The notes beneath the pieces were generated by a model. It worked only from the letters and a program-made list of their open reading frames with translations. It ran no database searches and was not told the origin of the DNA. Both the position numbers and the translations under genes were made by a program. Below are positions 1 through 9,504 of a stretch of DNA of 64,000 nucleotides, piece after piece (within the stretch, counting starts at the first letter, position 1; each line of letters opens with the position of its first letter). Origin of the DNA: Vulcanimicrobiota bacterium (GTDB taxonomy: Bacteria; Vulcanimicrobiota; Xenobia; Xenobiales; JADMJV01); contig JBFWNU010000001.1 in NCBI GenBank assembly GCA_050250895.1, forward strand, positions 2,150,210 to 2,214,209, written 5' to 3'.

Positions 1-12
1 TCAGGAGGACTT

Positions 13-918
13 ATGCTTGCTGTCGCGCCTACCAGCCTGCGAGCAACCAGCCCACGCTCACTAACCTATTCTGCGCCGCCCCAGGCCGAATCGGCCCCGG
101 CTCGCGCCGATCAGGTCGAGTTGTCGGTTCCCTCCGACCAGGCCGCCCCGCCCCGGAGCAACTCGCTCCACTGGCTGGCCGCCAGCGCCGGGGCCCTGGC
201 CCTGCTGGGGGCAGCCGCGCCCATGGCCGCCCAGGCCGCTCCCGCTCTGGTGATCGAACAGCCGGTTCGTCTGGACCTTTCCCACGCGCTGGCCCCGGGC
301 CAGGTCAAGGCGATGCGCCAGGCCGCTCAGCCCGGACTCTACGAGAACGCCCGCGCCGAGCGTATCCGCGCGGATTACGGCCAACTGGTCGAGACGGTCG
401 CCCGCGAAGCGGCCCGCTTCGACTATCAGGTCGAAGAGCTGCGCTCGCTCGGATCCAAAGCCGGCGACTCGTCCATGGGTGCTTTCCTGGGAGGCTCCTA
501 CGTTCAGGTCCGCCACTACGGCGACGAGACGGTCATTACCGAGAGCGCCGGCGGGTTCACGCGTAGCCTGGCCGAGTCGCCCACCCAGCGCACCATCCGC
601 GGCGGAGGCCAGAGCGCCACGCTCTATTTGCAGGACGGGCTCTTTCACAAAGCCGGCGACTTCGTCATCAACCTCGAAGATCAGACCCTGTCGGTCAACC
701 AGCAGAACCCCACCCGCATCCAGCGCATCGCCTGGAACGACAACAACTTGCTCGAGACCTACGAAAGCCCCGAAATCGTGGCCACCATCTATCCGGCTAC
801 GGTCTTCCAGTATCGGGCCCAGGGCGAGAACAGCGACCTGCAGGTCACCATTCGCCAGGACGGCAGCAACCAGGTCAAGGAAAACGGCCAGGTCTATCAC
901 GAGCCGGGACTGGAATAG
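13..918 (+). CDS. hypothetical secreted/exported protein (Ala/Pro-rich N-terminus with hydrophobic signal-like stretch)
   Basis: 301-aa ORF in the track. N-terminal region contains a hydrophobic stretch (LHWLAASAGALALLGAAAPMAAQA) resembling a signal peptide. No recognisable catalytic motif. Confidence 0.4.
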   Translation: MLAVAPTSLRATSPRSLTYSAPPQAESAPARADQVELSVPSDQAAPPRSNSLHWLAASAGALALLGAAAPMAAQAAPALVIEQPVRLDLSHALAPGQVKAMRQAAQPGLYENARAERIRADYGQLVETVAREAARFDYQVEELRSLGSKAGDSSMGAFLGGSYVQVRHYGDETVITESAGGFTRSLAESPTQRTIRGGGQSATLYLQDGLFHKAGDFVINLEDQTLSVNQQNPTRIQRIAWNDNNLLETYESPEIVATIYPATVFQYRAQGENSDLQVTIRQDGSNQVKENGQVYHEPGLE

Positions 919-984
919 TCGGTAGGCGGTAGACGGTAGGGGAGCGGGCTTCGCTCCTTTTCCCGCTGGCGAAGCCAGCGCTTC

Positions 985-2079
985 TTATGCCCCGGGCGAA
1001 GCCACCGGGCTCCTTTTCCCCTCGGCGAAGCCGGCGCTCTCGGGTAGGACCTGGCGCAGGACTCTTAGCCAGTTGCCGCCGAGCACTTTGGCGATGTCTT
1101 CTTCGCTCCAGCCGGCGTCGAGCATGCGTTGCACGATGTTGACGGTCTCGAGCGGCGAGCGCAGGTCGGTGGGAAGGAAGCGAACGCCGTCAAAATCGCT
1201 GCCCAGGGCCACATGATCGATGCCGATCAGGTTGGCAGCGTGCTCGAGGTGGCGAAAAACGTCGTGGCTGGTGACTTTGGAGTGGTGTTCGTGCGAGAGA
1301 AAGTCGGGCACGTAGGTGATGGCCGCCACCCCTCCCGATTTGGCCAACAACTTGAGCTGGTCGTCGCTCATGTTGCGCTCGGTGTCGACCAGGGCCCGGC
1401 AGCAGCAGTGGGTGTTGACAAACGGCTTGGTGACGACGTCCATCAGGTCGTAAAAGGCCTGGTGCGACAGGTGGGCCATGTCGAGCATGATGCCGAGTTC
1501 TTCCATCCGTTGCACCAGCGTTCGACCGAAATCGGTCAGGCCGTAACGCTTGCCGTCGGGGGGCTTGCACCCCCCGGCCGCCCCGTTGTTGTGATTGTGG
1601 GTGAGGCCGATGGAGCGGATACCGAACCGAAAGAAAATCTCGAGGACATCGAGGTCATCGAGCAAGGGCGAAACCCCTTCGAGGGTCATCAGAAAGTGCG
1701 GTTTGCCGTCGTCCACGCAAGCCTCCAGCACTTGCCGGTCGGTGACCAGGGCCATCTCGCCGGCCAACTCATCGACCACCCGGTGGCCAACCTGGGTGAT
1801 CCAAAGAGCCGTGACCGTGCCTTGATGACGCGGAATCTCGGGGGGGATGTAGACGGCCATCAACTGCAGGTTGACCCCACCCTGCTGCAAGGCCTCGAGG
1901 TTGATGTTGAAATAGTCGGTGCCCCGCCCCCCGACAAAGTCGGCTCCGGCGAAGGCTACTCGCGCCAGGGTGTCGGCGTGGCCGTCGCAGAAAAAGTGTT
2001 TGTGGATCAAGTCCTGGGCGTCCATTGAATATTCTTCAATGGTGGAGCGGTCGGCTCCTCTTCGGATAGGCTCAGCCAC
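985..2079 (-). CDS. membrane dipeptidase (peptidase family M19, renal dipeptidase-like)
   Basis: Motifs HKHFFCDGHADTL, IGIDHVALGSDFDG and HxD/His-rich metal-binding pattern are typical of M19 dipeptidases. The true start may be the internal Met at ~2025 (MDAQDLIHKHFF...). Confidence 0.8.
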   Translation of the reverse strand: MAEPIRRGADRSTIEEYSMDAQDLIHKHFFCDGHADTLARVAFAGADFVGGRGTDYFNINLEALQQGGVNLQLMAVYIPPEIPRHQGTVTALWITQVGHRVVDELAGEMALVTDRQVLEACVDDGKPHFLMTLEGVSPLLDDLDVLEIFFRFGIRSIGLTHNHNNGAAGGCKPPDGKRYGLTDFGRTLVQRMEELGIMLDMAHLSHQAFYDLMDVVTKPFVNTHCCCRALVDTERNMSDDQLKLLAKSGGVAAITYVPDFLSHEHHSKVTSHDVFRHLEHAANLIGIDHVALGSDFDGVRFLPTDLRSPLETVNIVQRMLDAGWSEEDIAKVLGGNWLRVLRQVLPESAGFAEGKRSPVASPGA

Positions 2080-2084
2080 GAGGA

Positions 2085-3164
2085 GTGCACGTCGAGCCGA
2101 GCGAACTTTCCCAGGTGGCTTTTCAAGTGAGGAGTTTAGGGGGGTTGGTCGGGCAATCCCTAGTCTCCCGTGAGCCCATAGCCGGTGCGGCGGGGGCCAC
2201 GCAGCCCGAAGCGACGCCGCCGGGCGACGAAGTCAACCTCAGCCAGACCACGCCTTCTCGCCGTTCTCTCTTCGGTCCCGGTCTGGCTTTGTGCGCCGTG
2301 GCCGCCTTGTCGGGCTGCGCCAGCTTGAGCGGACCCAGCCAGGTGGCCGCGCTGGCAGCCTACAACGGTCAGACCCCGATAACCCAGATCGACAACGCCA
2401 CCGAGAGTTTCATGCTCAGCCAGGGCGACGAGTGCGGGCGCATCGTCTCGCTCGGCGAGGGTCAGCCGGGTCGGGGCGCGCATCTGTCGATCCACGGCCT
2501 GGGCACCGGCCCCAGCGCCATGCAGCCCCTCATCGACAAAGCGGCGGCCGAGGGTCAGGCGACCAGCACCTTTATCTATGACGACATGCATTGCAACCAG
2601 GCGCGGGTGGGTTCAGACCTGGCCCGCTATCTACGCGGCTGGATGAGCCAGCATCACGGTCAACCCATGACCATCGAGACCCACAGCCTGGGCGGCCGGA
2701 TGGCCCTGACCGCGCTGGGTCAGATGGCCCGCGAGGGCACCTTGCCCAGTGACGTGGTCACCCTCAACATGATCTCGCCTCCGTTGGGCGGCTTTGGGTT
2801 CGCCAACATCTGCCTGACCATGCCTGGGCCGCTGGCCCGTCTCATTCCCGGGGCCACCCCCACCCGCGACATGGCGACCTGGTCATCGGGTCAGAAATTG
2901 CTCGAAGAAGTGGCCCTGCCCGCCAGCGTTCACACTTCGATCTTCTATGGCACCAACGACAACCTGATCGACTACACCAAGCCGGCCCACGCCACCATCG
3001 AGAACAACCTGCACGCCACCGTCTACTATCTGGCCGGGGGCGAGCACACCACCACCGTACCCACCGTGGCCACCACCCCGCGCCAGCACTTTTCTCGTCA
3101 GGCGCTGCCCTATGAGCCCCACCAGAGGGCTCCCCAAACCGACCTCTACCAGGGCGGCCAATGA
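2085..3164 (+). CDS. lipoprotein alpha/beta-hydrolase (lipase/esterase-like, GHSLGG nucleophile elbow)
   Basis: Lipobox LSGCAS after a hydrophobic stretch. HG oxyanion motif (SIHGLGTGP). Nucleophile elbow ETHSLGG. The start is probably downstream of the annotated ORF start, since no Met precedes the signal peptide (possible GTG/TTG). Confidence 0.6.
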   Translation: MHVEPSELSQVAFQVRSLGGLVGQSLVSREPIAGAAGATQPEATPPGDEVNLSQTTPSRRSLFGPGLALCAVAALSGCASLSGPSQVAALAAYNGQTPITQIDNATESFMLSQGDECGRIVSLGEGQPGRGAHLSIHGLGTGPSAMQPLIDKAAAEGQATSTFIYDDMHCNQARVGSDLARYLRGWMSQHHGQPMTIETHSLGGRMALTALGQMAREGTLPSDVVTLNMISPPLGGFGFANICLTMPGPLARLIPGATPTRDMATWSSGQKLLEEVALPASVHTSIFYGTNDNLIDYTKPAHATIENNLHATVYYLAGGEHTTTVPTVATTPRQHFSRQALPYEPHQRAPQTDLYQGGQ

Positions 3165-4147
3165 GGATACCCGATCGTCTCGGCCCCATCCTCGGGGTAA
3201 GCCGCCGGGCAGTCGCTTCCCCCGCGGGTAGTCAAGAGGCCGTTCCTGCCTCGAACGGCGACGAGGTGCGGCTTAGTGCCACCCGCCCTCGAGCCGCTCT
3301 CAAGGCCTGCGCCGCTGTGTGTCTGGTCACTGCCCTCTCGGGCTGTGCGTCGGTTGGCGGCTTCGTGGCCGGCCCCGTCCACCGCGCTGCGGCCGCGCTG
3401 GCCCCGGCCGGCACCTGCGCCCCCAGCGAACCGGGTCAGCGAGTCGACGACAAGGTCGAAGACGCTATCCTTAAGCAATCGAATCAACCGGCCTGTCTGC
3501 TCGACCTGCACGCCGGCAACCCCGGGCGTAGCACGGTGGTGACGATTCACGGCATTCACGGCTCGCCGGTCAGCCTGGAAGAGGTGGCTCAGACCGCCGC
3601 TGACCGGGGGCATTCGGTCAAGACCTTGCTCTATGATGATCAGCACAGTCGCCTCACCAAAGTGAGCCGGGATCTGGCCGAGTCGATCGCCGCCTGGCGC
3701 CGCGACCATCCCGGCGACAAGCTCACCCTGGTGGCTCACAGCATGGGGGCTCGCATCGCGGTGGGAGCCCTGCATGAGCTGGCCCGCACCCATCGCCTAT
3801 CTCAGGGCGAGTACCAGCTTTACCTGGTCTGTCCCACCCTAGACGGCTATCCGTCGGCCAACATGGCCGAGATGGCCTTCGATTGGATGGAGCGCTTTCC
3901 CGACATCGCCCCCAGCCGCGATATGGGGGACCGCAGCGCCTTTCAGCGTCTGCTCGAGTCGACCCACCCGCCGGCTAACGTCAAGACCACCATCCTGCTT
4001 GGAGCCCACGACGACGTGGTCGACGCGCGCGCCTCGGGCTTTCAAACCATCGCCACCAATCTGCGGGCCGAGGTGGCCACCTTCGATGGCGGCCACTCCA
4101 ATATCGGCCTGCCCGTCTCGCGCATTCTCGACTTCGACCCGCGGTGA
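3161..4147 (+). CDS. lipoprotein alpha/beta-hydrolase, paralogue of the preceding gene
   Basis: Same architecture as the upstream gene: lipobox LSGCAS, VTIHGIHGSP, nucleophile elbow VAHSMGA. Overlaps the upstream stop by 4 nt, indicating a tandem duplicate in an operon. Confidence 0.6.
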   Translation: MRIPDRLGPILGVSRRAVASPAGSQEAVPASNGDEVRLSATRPRAALKACAAVCLVTALSGCASVGGFVAGPVHRAAAALAPAGTCAPSEPGQRVDDKVEDAILKQSNQPACLLDLHAGNPGRSTVVTIHGIHGSPVSLEEVAQTAADRGHSVKTLLYDDQHSRLTKVSRDLAESIAAWRRDHPGDKLTLVAHSMGARIAVGALHELARTHRLSQGEYQLYLVCPTLDGYPSANMAEMAFDWMERFPDIAPSRDMGDRSAFQRLLESTHPPANVKTTILLGAHDDVVDARASGFQTIATNLRAEVATFDGGHSNIGLPVSRILDFDPR

Positions 4148-5982
4148 GCCTCAGCCGGCTCAACCAGCTCAACCGCGAGATCGGCCAGGCGCGCCGCTTG
4201 CGCGCAGCCCTGCTGGCCGCCCTGGAAGGCCTCGAGGCCTTGCTCGAATGCCGGGCGCGGGTGGTGACCGAGGACTTTGACTTCGGCTGTGCCGTCGATG
4301 GAGCTGCCCTGCCCGGGCGCTACCGGTTGGCCTACGAGCTACACCCTCTCTTTCGCGAGGCGCGCCGTCTTACTCTCCTGGCGGCCGCCGAGGGGCTGGA
4401 TGGCAAGCCCTGCCTGTTGGTGTGCCTGCGAGGAGGGTTCATCTATCTCGACCGGGATCGTGAGTTCACCACCGAGGAGTTGGCCATGGCCGGTCTGGTC
4501 GGGCAGCAGCTCTCGTCCGTGGCGGAGAAGTTTCAGGGCACCCCCCGAGTCGGAGATGCCATCACCGGGCTGCCCGATCGACTCTGGTTCGCCAACCAGC
4601 TCCACTCGGTCTCGGCCTCTCACTTTGCCATCCTGGCCGTCGAGATCGATGGTTTCGGCGAGTTCAATCGCAGCCACGGGGCCGCCCGCGGCGACCAGCT
4701 TTTGCGCGACGTGGTGGCCTTTCTGTCGGACCGCATAAAGGCCAACGATCTGCTGGCCCGCTCGCAGTGCGACGAGTTCCTCGTTCTCGTTCACCGGGCC
4801 GACAAAGAGAGCCTGGCCAGCGAATGGCGCGAGCATCTGGCCGCCTTTGAAGAACTCGGCTACCAGGTGACCCTGTCGCTGGGTCTGGCCTGCTACCCGG
4901 AGGATGGCGACAAGCCGCGTCAGTTGCTGGAACTGGCCGAACGCGCCTGCCTGCGGGCCACCGGCCTTTCGGACCGCCTGGTCCTGATCTCGAGCCAGCC
5001 CCAGCTCAAACTCACCGACGGAGAGGGTTTCGAGGATCCGACCGCCCAGTTCGACATGCGAGCCCGCGCCGCCGTGGGTTCGGCCGTGGCCGAGTGTCAG
5101 ACGAGCCGGCGCCACGTCGACGGAGTGGCTCTGCTTTGGGGCATTCACGAGCAGGTCCGGGCCTTGTCCAAGCTATTGGCCCAGGCCAATCTGACCGCCG
5201 GTCGGGTGAGGGCGATGCTGGTCCAGGCCGGCTATCCCACCGTCGAGTTCACGGCCGGCTGTCTGGCCATCTTCGCCGAGGCTCAGCGGTTGGCCCAACT
5301 GGCCGGCCGTCAGACCATCGGGGCCGATGAGCTGCTGCTGGCCAGTCTGGCCGATGCGACCACGGAAGAGGCCCTGCGTTCGGAGGGCATCAGCTACGGC
5401 AAGTTGCTCAGGCTGCTCTATCAAAGCGGGCTGTTGGCCTCCGGGGCGACCCTGATCATCGAGCGCTATCCGGTGGTGCGCTATGTCGAGGAGCAGACCC
5501 AGAAGCGCTCGCAGCCGCCCGTGATCGAGCGCAAGCAGTCTGACAAGCCATGGAGCGACTTTCTTGACGCCGAGGTGTGGCAGGCCCTGGCCGTGGCTCG
5601 CGACGAGGCCCAGCGCATGCGGGCCGATGTCTGCCTCGAGCACCTCTATCTCGGGCTGGTGAGCGTGCAAGGCCTGGCCACCGAGGCGGTACGAGCGGCG
5701 GTGGGCCGCCTCGAGGTGGCCTGGATTCAACCCCAGCGCTCGGGGCTAAACCGGGAGGTGGTGGCCCTCTTCAACGAGATGGGCGAGATCTTTGGCGGGG
5801 TCGACCTGCCTCGCCTCGAGCGCATCCTTCTGCAGCGGCCCGAGATCCTGCGTCTGCTCGAGTCCCTCGAGGGTCCAGCGGCGCGCCAGCCAGAGCGGGG
5901 GGAAGGCGAGCATGCCGAAGCAGCAGTCGATGAGTCGCCAGAACCAGGGGATGCCGCGCAGGGGCCCGCAGACGAGAGCTAG
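4144..5982 (+). CDS. degenerate GGDEF-domain protein with C-terminal Clp_N-like repeat pairs
   Basis: Central block GLPDRLWF...RSHGAARGDQLLRDV...RSQCDEFLVLV matches GGDEF-domain topology, but the signature is QCDEF rather than GG(D/E)EF. The C-terminal half has two Clp N-terminal-type repeat pairs (e.g. ADELLLASLAD..., WQALAVARDEAQRMRADVCLEHLYLGLVS...). Overlaps the upstream stop by 4 nt. Confidence 0.6.
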   Translation: MSLSRLNQLNREIGQARRLRAALLAALEGLEALLECRARVVTEDFDFGCAVDGAALPGRYRLAYELHPLFREARRLTLLAAAEGLDGKPCLLVCLRGGFIYLDRDREFTTEELAMAGLVGQQLSSVAEKFQGTPRVGDAITGLPDRLWFANQLHSVSASHFAILAVEIDGFGEFNRSHGAARGDQLLRDVVAFLSDRIKANDLLARSQCDEFLVLVHRADKESLASEWREHLAAFEELGYQVTLSLGLACYPEDGDKPRQLLELAERACLRATGLSDRLVLISSQPQLKLTDGEGFEDPTAQFDMRARAAVGSAVAECQTSRRHVDGVALLWGIHEQVRALSKLLAQANLTAGRVRAMLVQAGYPTVEFTAGCLAIFAEAQRLAQLAGRQTIGADELLLASLADATTEEALRSEGISYGKLLRLLYQSGLLASGATLIIERYPVVRYVEEQTQKRSQPPVIERKQSDKPWSDFLDAEVWQALAVARDEAQRMRADVCLEHLYLGLVSVQGLATEAVRAAVGRLEVAWIQPQRSGLNREVVALFNEMGEIFGGVDLPRLERILLQRPEILRLLESLEGPAARQPERGEGEHAEAAVDESPEPGDAAQGPADES

Positions 5983-6327
5983 CGGCAGCACCAGCACGCA
6001 GGCGAGTAGGCCGAACTCGATGACCCACAGGTTGCGGGCCGGGTCGCGCCAGGGTCCCACGAACAAGATGGCCAGCAGCAGGTGGGCGAAGGCCAGCCAG
6101 TCGGTGCCGTAGGCCAGCCAGGGCGAGTGGGAATAGGCCGTGGCCAGACCCTGACGCACGGTAACCAGCCAGTTGACGAGGGGGCCGTGCTCCTGGCCCG
6201 GGGCAAGACCGCCGAGCAACAGGTCCAGTTCCCACAGAATCGGGAAGGCGGTCAGGCCCGAGAGCACCAGCCCGGCCATCACGACGATCAAGGCCAGGCG
6301 GATTTTGCGAAGGCGTGAACTTTGCAC
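5746..6327 (-). CDS. hypothetical integral membrane protein (about 4 TM helices)
   Basis: Four hydrophobic Trp/Phe-containing segments typical of real TM helices. Its 3' end overlaps the 3' end of the convergent gene 4144..5982 by ~237 nt, so one of the two ends is uncertain. Confidence 0.4.
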   Translation of the reverse strand: MQSSRLRKIRLALIVVMAGLVLSGLTAFPILWELDLLLGGLAPGQEHGPLVNWLVTVRQGLATAYSHSPWLAYGTDWLAFAHLLLAILFVGPWRDPARNLWVIEFGLLACVLVLPLALVCGPLRGIPWFWRLIDCCFGMLAFPPLWLARRWTLEGLEQTQDLGPLQKDALEARQVDPAKDLAHLVEEGHHLPV

Positions 6328-6453
6328 GACAAAGTTTTCTCGGTGGTCGGGGTGAGGTCCTCTGTGGCCGGACTTACGCGCAGAAGAGGCCGGAAGCCGG
6401 GCCCTGGCTAGCGGGTCCAGTTTCGACCGGCACTATCCGGGGCACACTAGGCC

Positions 6454-7236
6454 ATGCGCCGTGTGCATCTGTTCGAGATCGAGGATCAGACCTGGTGCCC
6501 GAGTTGGCTGAGGGACCATATGACCGATTTTCTCAGCTGGTTCTTCATCACGTTCAAGGTCTATAATCCGGTGGCACCGCTGTTGCAGCGGCTGTTGAAG
6601 CTCGGTAAGACCAATCGCATTCTGGACCTGTGCTCCGGGGGATGCGGACCGTGGCCCGAGTTGATGGCGGCCCTGGGCGGGCTGGACACCCACCCGGTGA
6701 TCACTCTGAGCGACTTGTATCCCAACGTTCCCGCCTTTCGAGCCACTGCGGAGCGGTCGCCGGGCCGGGTCGAGTACGTGCGCGAGCCTCTCGACGCGAC
6801 CAATGTTCCCGAGACCTACGAAGGCCTGCGCACTCTCTTCACCTCGTTCCACCACTTCCCGCCAGAAATGGCTCGCCGGGTGCTGGCCTCGGCGGCGCAA
6901 GCGAGGCGACCGATCGCCGTGGTGGAATGTGTCGAACGCCAGTGGTATAACCTGCTGCTGGTGCCGCTGGGGGCGGTGTTGCTGTCGCTGGTGTCGGTGT
7001 TATTCATTCGACCCTTCAGCCCGTCACGATGCTGGTGGACTTACGCTGTTCCGCTGGTTCCGCTGACGGTGGCCTGGGACGGGATCGCCTCGATTTTGAG
7101 GGCTTACCGCCCTCACGAGCTCTTAGAGTTGGCCCCGCCTACAGCCGGCTATCGTTGGGAGGCGGGAATGCTGCCGGCGCGCTTGCCGGTGCGGATTACC
7201 TATTTGATCGGATGGCCAGAAGCTGAAGGAGCTTAG
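6454..7236 (+). CDS. class I SAM-dependent methyltransferase with C-terminal membrane segments
   Basis: Motif I ILDLCSGGCGPW (GxGxG-type SAM-binding loop). Hydrophobic helices in the C-terminal third. Confidence 0.6.
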   Translation: MRRVHLFEIEDQTWCPSWLRDHMTDFLSWFFITFKVYNPVAPLLQRLLKLGKTNRILDLCSGGCGPWPELMAALGGLDTHPVITLSDLYPNVPAFRATAERSPGRVEYVREPLDATNVPETYEGLRTLFTSFHHFPPEMARRVLASAAQARRPIAVVECVERQWYNLLLVPLGAVLLSLVSVLFIRPFSPSRCWWTYAVPLVPLTVAWDGIASILRAYRPHELLELAPPTAGYRWEAGMLPARLPVRITYLIGWPEAEGA

Positions 7237-7291
7237 CCTCCGCCCTGGAACCCTGGCAGATCACTCGCCAAGTGGGGAGCTAGTCGAAGTT

Positions 7292-9022
7292 ATGAACCTG
7301 ATGAAAGATAGAACCTGGGACCACCGCTGGGGCTTTCGCGATACCGAGTTTCGCATCCAGGGCCAGCATGTCACGATGACCGGCGACCGCTACCCCCTCT
7401 CTGGGACGGTGATGCCCGAGTTTCTTCCCTTCGCCGAAGAGATGCTGGGGGTCAAGTTTCCCCTTGGGGAACCGCGCCCCGAGCGCGCTACCAAACCCGT
7501 TCCGGCGCCGCGCAACAACTCCGCCTTTCTGAAAGAACTCGAGGCGACGTTTGATAGTTCGCTGTTCACCCAGGAGCCCGGGGTGCGCTTGCGCCATTCT
7601 CACGGCCAGACGACGGCCGACGAGCTTTACGTGGTGCTTTATCGCGAGATCGAGCGGGTCGCCGATCTGGTTTTTTACTGCGAGACCCACGACCAGGCGC
7701 TCAAGCTGGTCGAGTTGGCTGCTCGGTACGATGTCTGTCTGGTTCCCTTTGGGGGCGGCACCAGCGTTAGCTGCGCCCTCAAGCTACCGGCCGATGAAGA
7801 GCGGATGATCGTCTCGGTGGACACCACCCGCATGAACCAGGTGGAGTGGATCGACCGGGTCAACCTGCGAGCCTCGGTGCAGGCCGGCATCACCGGCCGC
7901 GAGCTCGAGGCTCTACTGGCCTGCGAAGGTTTCACCTGCGGGCACGAGCCTGACAGCATCGAGTTCTCGACCCTGGGCGGCTGGATCGCCACCAACGCCA
8001 GCGGGATGAAGAAAAACCGCTACGGCAACATCGAAGACATCGTCGAGAACGTCACCGTGGTGACCCCCCGGGGCGTGGTGACCCACACCCAGGACCAGCC
8101 GCGGGTGAGCATGGGCATCCAGCCCAAGCAGTTCTTCTTCGGCAGCGAGGGCAATCTGGGCCTGATCACCAGCGCCGTCATTCGCATCCATCCCAAGCCT
8201 GAAGTGACGCGCTATGCCTCCCTGGTGTTCCCCACCTTCAAGGCCGGCACCGACTTTCTCTTCGCGCTCTCGCGCAGCGGCGTCTTGCCGGCCAGCATTC
8301 GCCTGCTCGACAATATCCAGTTCCGCTTTGGCGGAGCGCTCAAGCCCAAGGCCAGCCCTTCGAAGTGGTTCAAGCGGAAACTCGAGAAGCTCTTCCTCAC
8401 CAAGGTGATGAAGTTTCATCCTCACGAACTGGCCGCCGCCACCGTGGTCATGGAAGGCAGCAAGGCCGAAGTCGGCCAGCAACAGAAGATCCTCTACAAG
8501 CTTGCCTGGGAACATGGCGGCTTCCCCGGCGGCGAAGCCAATGGCAAGCGCGGCTATATGCTGACCTACGCCATCGCCTACATTCGCGACTTTTTGGCCC
8601 AGTATCACATTCTGGGCGAGACCTACGAGACGACCGTGCCCTGGACCCATATCCACCAGGTGATCGAGGCCGTGAAAACTACCGCCGAAAAGGCCCATCG
8701 CGAGAACAACCTGCCCGGACGCCCCTACGTCTCGCCCCGCATCACCCAGATCTATCACACCGGTGTCTGCATCTACTTCACCCACGGGTTCTCCCACCAC
8801 GGAGTAGACAATCCCGAAGAAGTCTTCAGCAAGATCGAGCACCAGCTGCGCGAGACGATCATGGATGCCGGCGGCTCGATCTCGCATCACCATGGCGTGG
8901 GCAAGCTGCGGAGCGACTTCATGCAGCGAGCGGCCACCCCAACCGCCATCGAGCTGCTCAAAGAGATCAAGACCGTTCACGATCCCAAAAACGTGTTCGG
9001 CGTTCGCAACAACGTGCTCTAA
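7292..9022 (+). CDS. FAD-linked oxidase, alkyldihydroxyacetonephosphate synthase (AGPS)-like
   Basis: FAD-binding PCMH-type segment (LVPFGGGTSVSCAL). C-terminal HHGVGKLRSDFM motif. Overall length (576 aa) and layout match alkyl-DHAP synthase family members of ether-lipid pathways. Confidence 0.75.
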   Translation: MNLMKDRTWDHRWGFRDTEFRIQGQHVTMTGDRYPLSGTVMPEFLPFAEEMLGVKFPLGEPRPERATKPVPAPRNNSAFLKELEATFDSSLFTQEPGVRLRHSHGQTTADELYVVLYREIERVADLVFYCETHDQALKLVELAARYDVCLVPFGGGTSVSCALKLPADEERMIVSVDTTRMNQVEWIDRVNLRASVQAGITGRELEALLACEGFTCGHEPDSIEFSTLGGWIATNASGMKKNRYGNIEDIVENVTVVTPRGVVTHTQDQPRVSMGIQPKQFFFGSEGNLGLITSAVIRIHPKPEVTRYASLVFPTFKAGTDFLFALSRSGVLPASIRLLDNIQFRFGGALKPKASPSKWFKRKLEKLFLTKVMKFHPHELAAATVVMEGSKAEVGQQQKILYKLAWEHGGFPGGEANGKRGYMLTYAIAYIRDFLAQYHILGETYETTVPWTHIHQVIEAVKTTAEKAHRENNLPGRPYVSPRITQIYHTGVCIYFTHGFSHHGVDNPEEVFSKIEHQLRETIMDAGGSISHHHGVGKLRSDFMQRAATPTAIELLKEIKTVHDPKNVFGVRNNVL

Positions 9023-9504
9023 CAGACCTGGCCCGGCCATTCGGCAACACCCACTGCCGAATCGGAGTAGGCTCTCTAGCGATTTTTATGGTTGAGGCCG
9101 GTGCGGCTGGAAGGTCGTTCCCCCGTCGTTCAAGACGCCGCCGGCCGCCGGCCAGGTGGTGCCGGATTCTGCACGTGGTGCTGCCGTACTCGGGCGAGTT
9201 TGCTCTTCCGTGCTTCCGTGCTTGAGAGTCGTCTCCATATTGATCGGGCCGCCACCGAGCCAGCGCCGTTTTGAATACCCCGTTCGATGTCAAAACCCTA
9301 ATCCATAAATTCGCCAGGACGCTCACCCCACGGCCCCCACAACCCTCTCCGTGCCCTCCTGATCTCCGCGGTTTATTTCTCACGCGCGCCACTGGCGAGC
9401 CACACCGACCTGTGCTTCGACCACGCGCCGCGCCGCCACGACAGACGCGCTGAAGGCGACGCCTACTCCGAATCGCGCCAACCCGCCAAAAGCCAGGCCA
9501 AAAC

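Noticed and set aside
1129-2028. 299-aa plus-strand ORF
   Set aside because: Antisense to the well-supported M19 dipeptidase gene. Composition is typical of GC-rich antisense frames (Gly/Val/Ala/His-rich, no motifs).
7913-9040. 375-aa minus-strand ORF
   Set aside because: Entirely antisense to the AGPS-like FAD oxidase gene, which has clear family motifs.
9039-9088. Hairpin ATTCGGCA-(8 nt)-TGCCGAAT after the AGPS-like gene as an intrinsic terminator
   Set aside because: The T-run (9084-9088) lies ~21 nt downstream of the stem and the stem is not GC-rich. This does not meet the usual terminator geometry.
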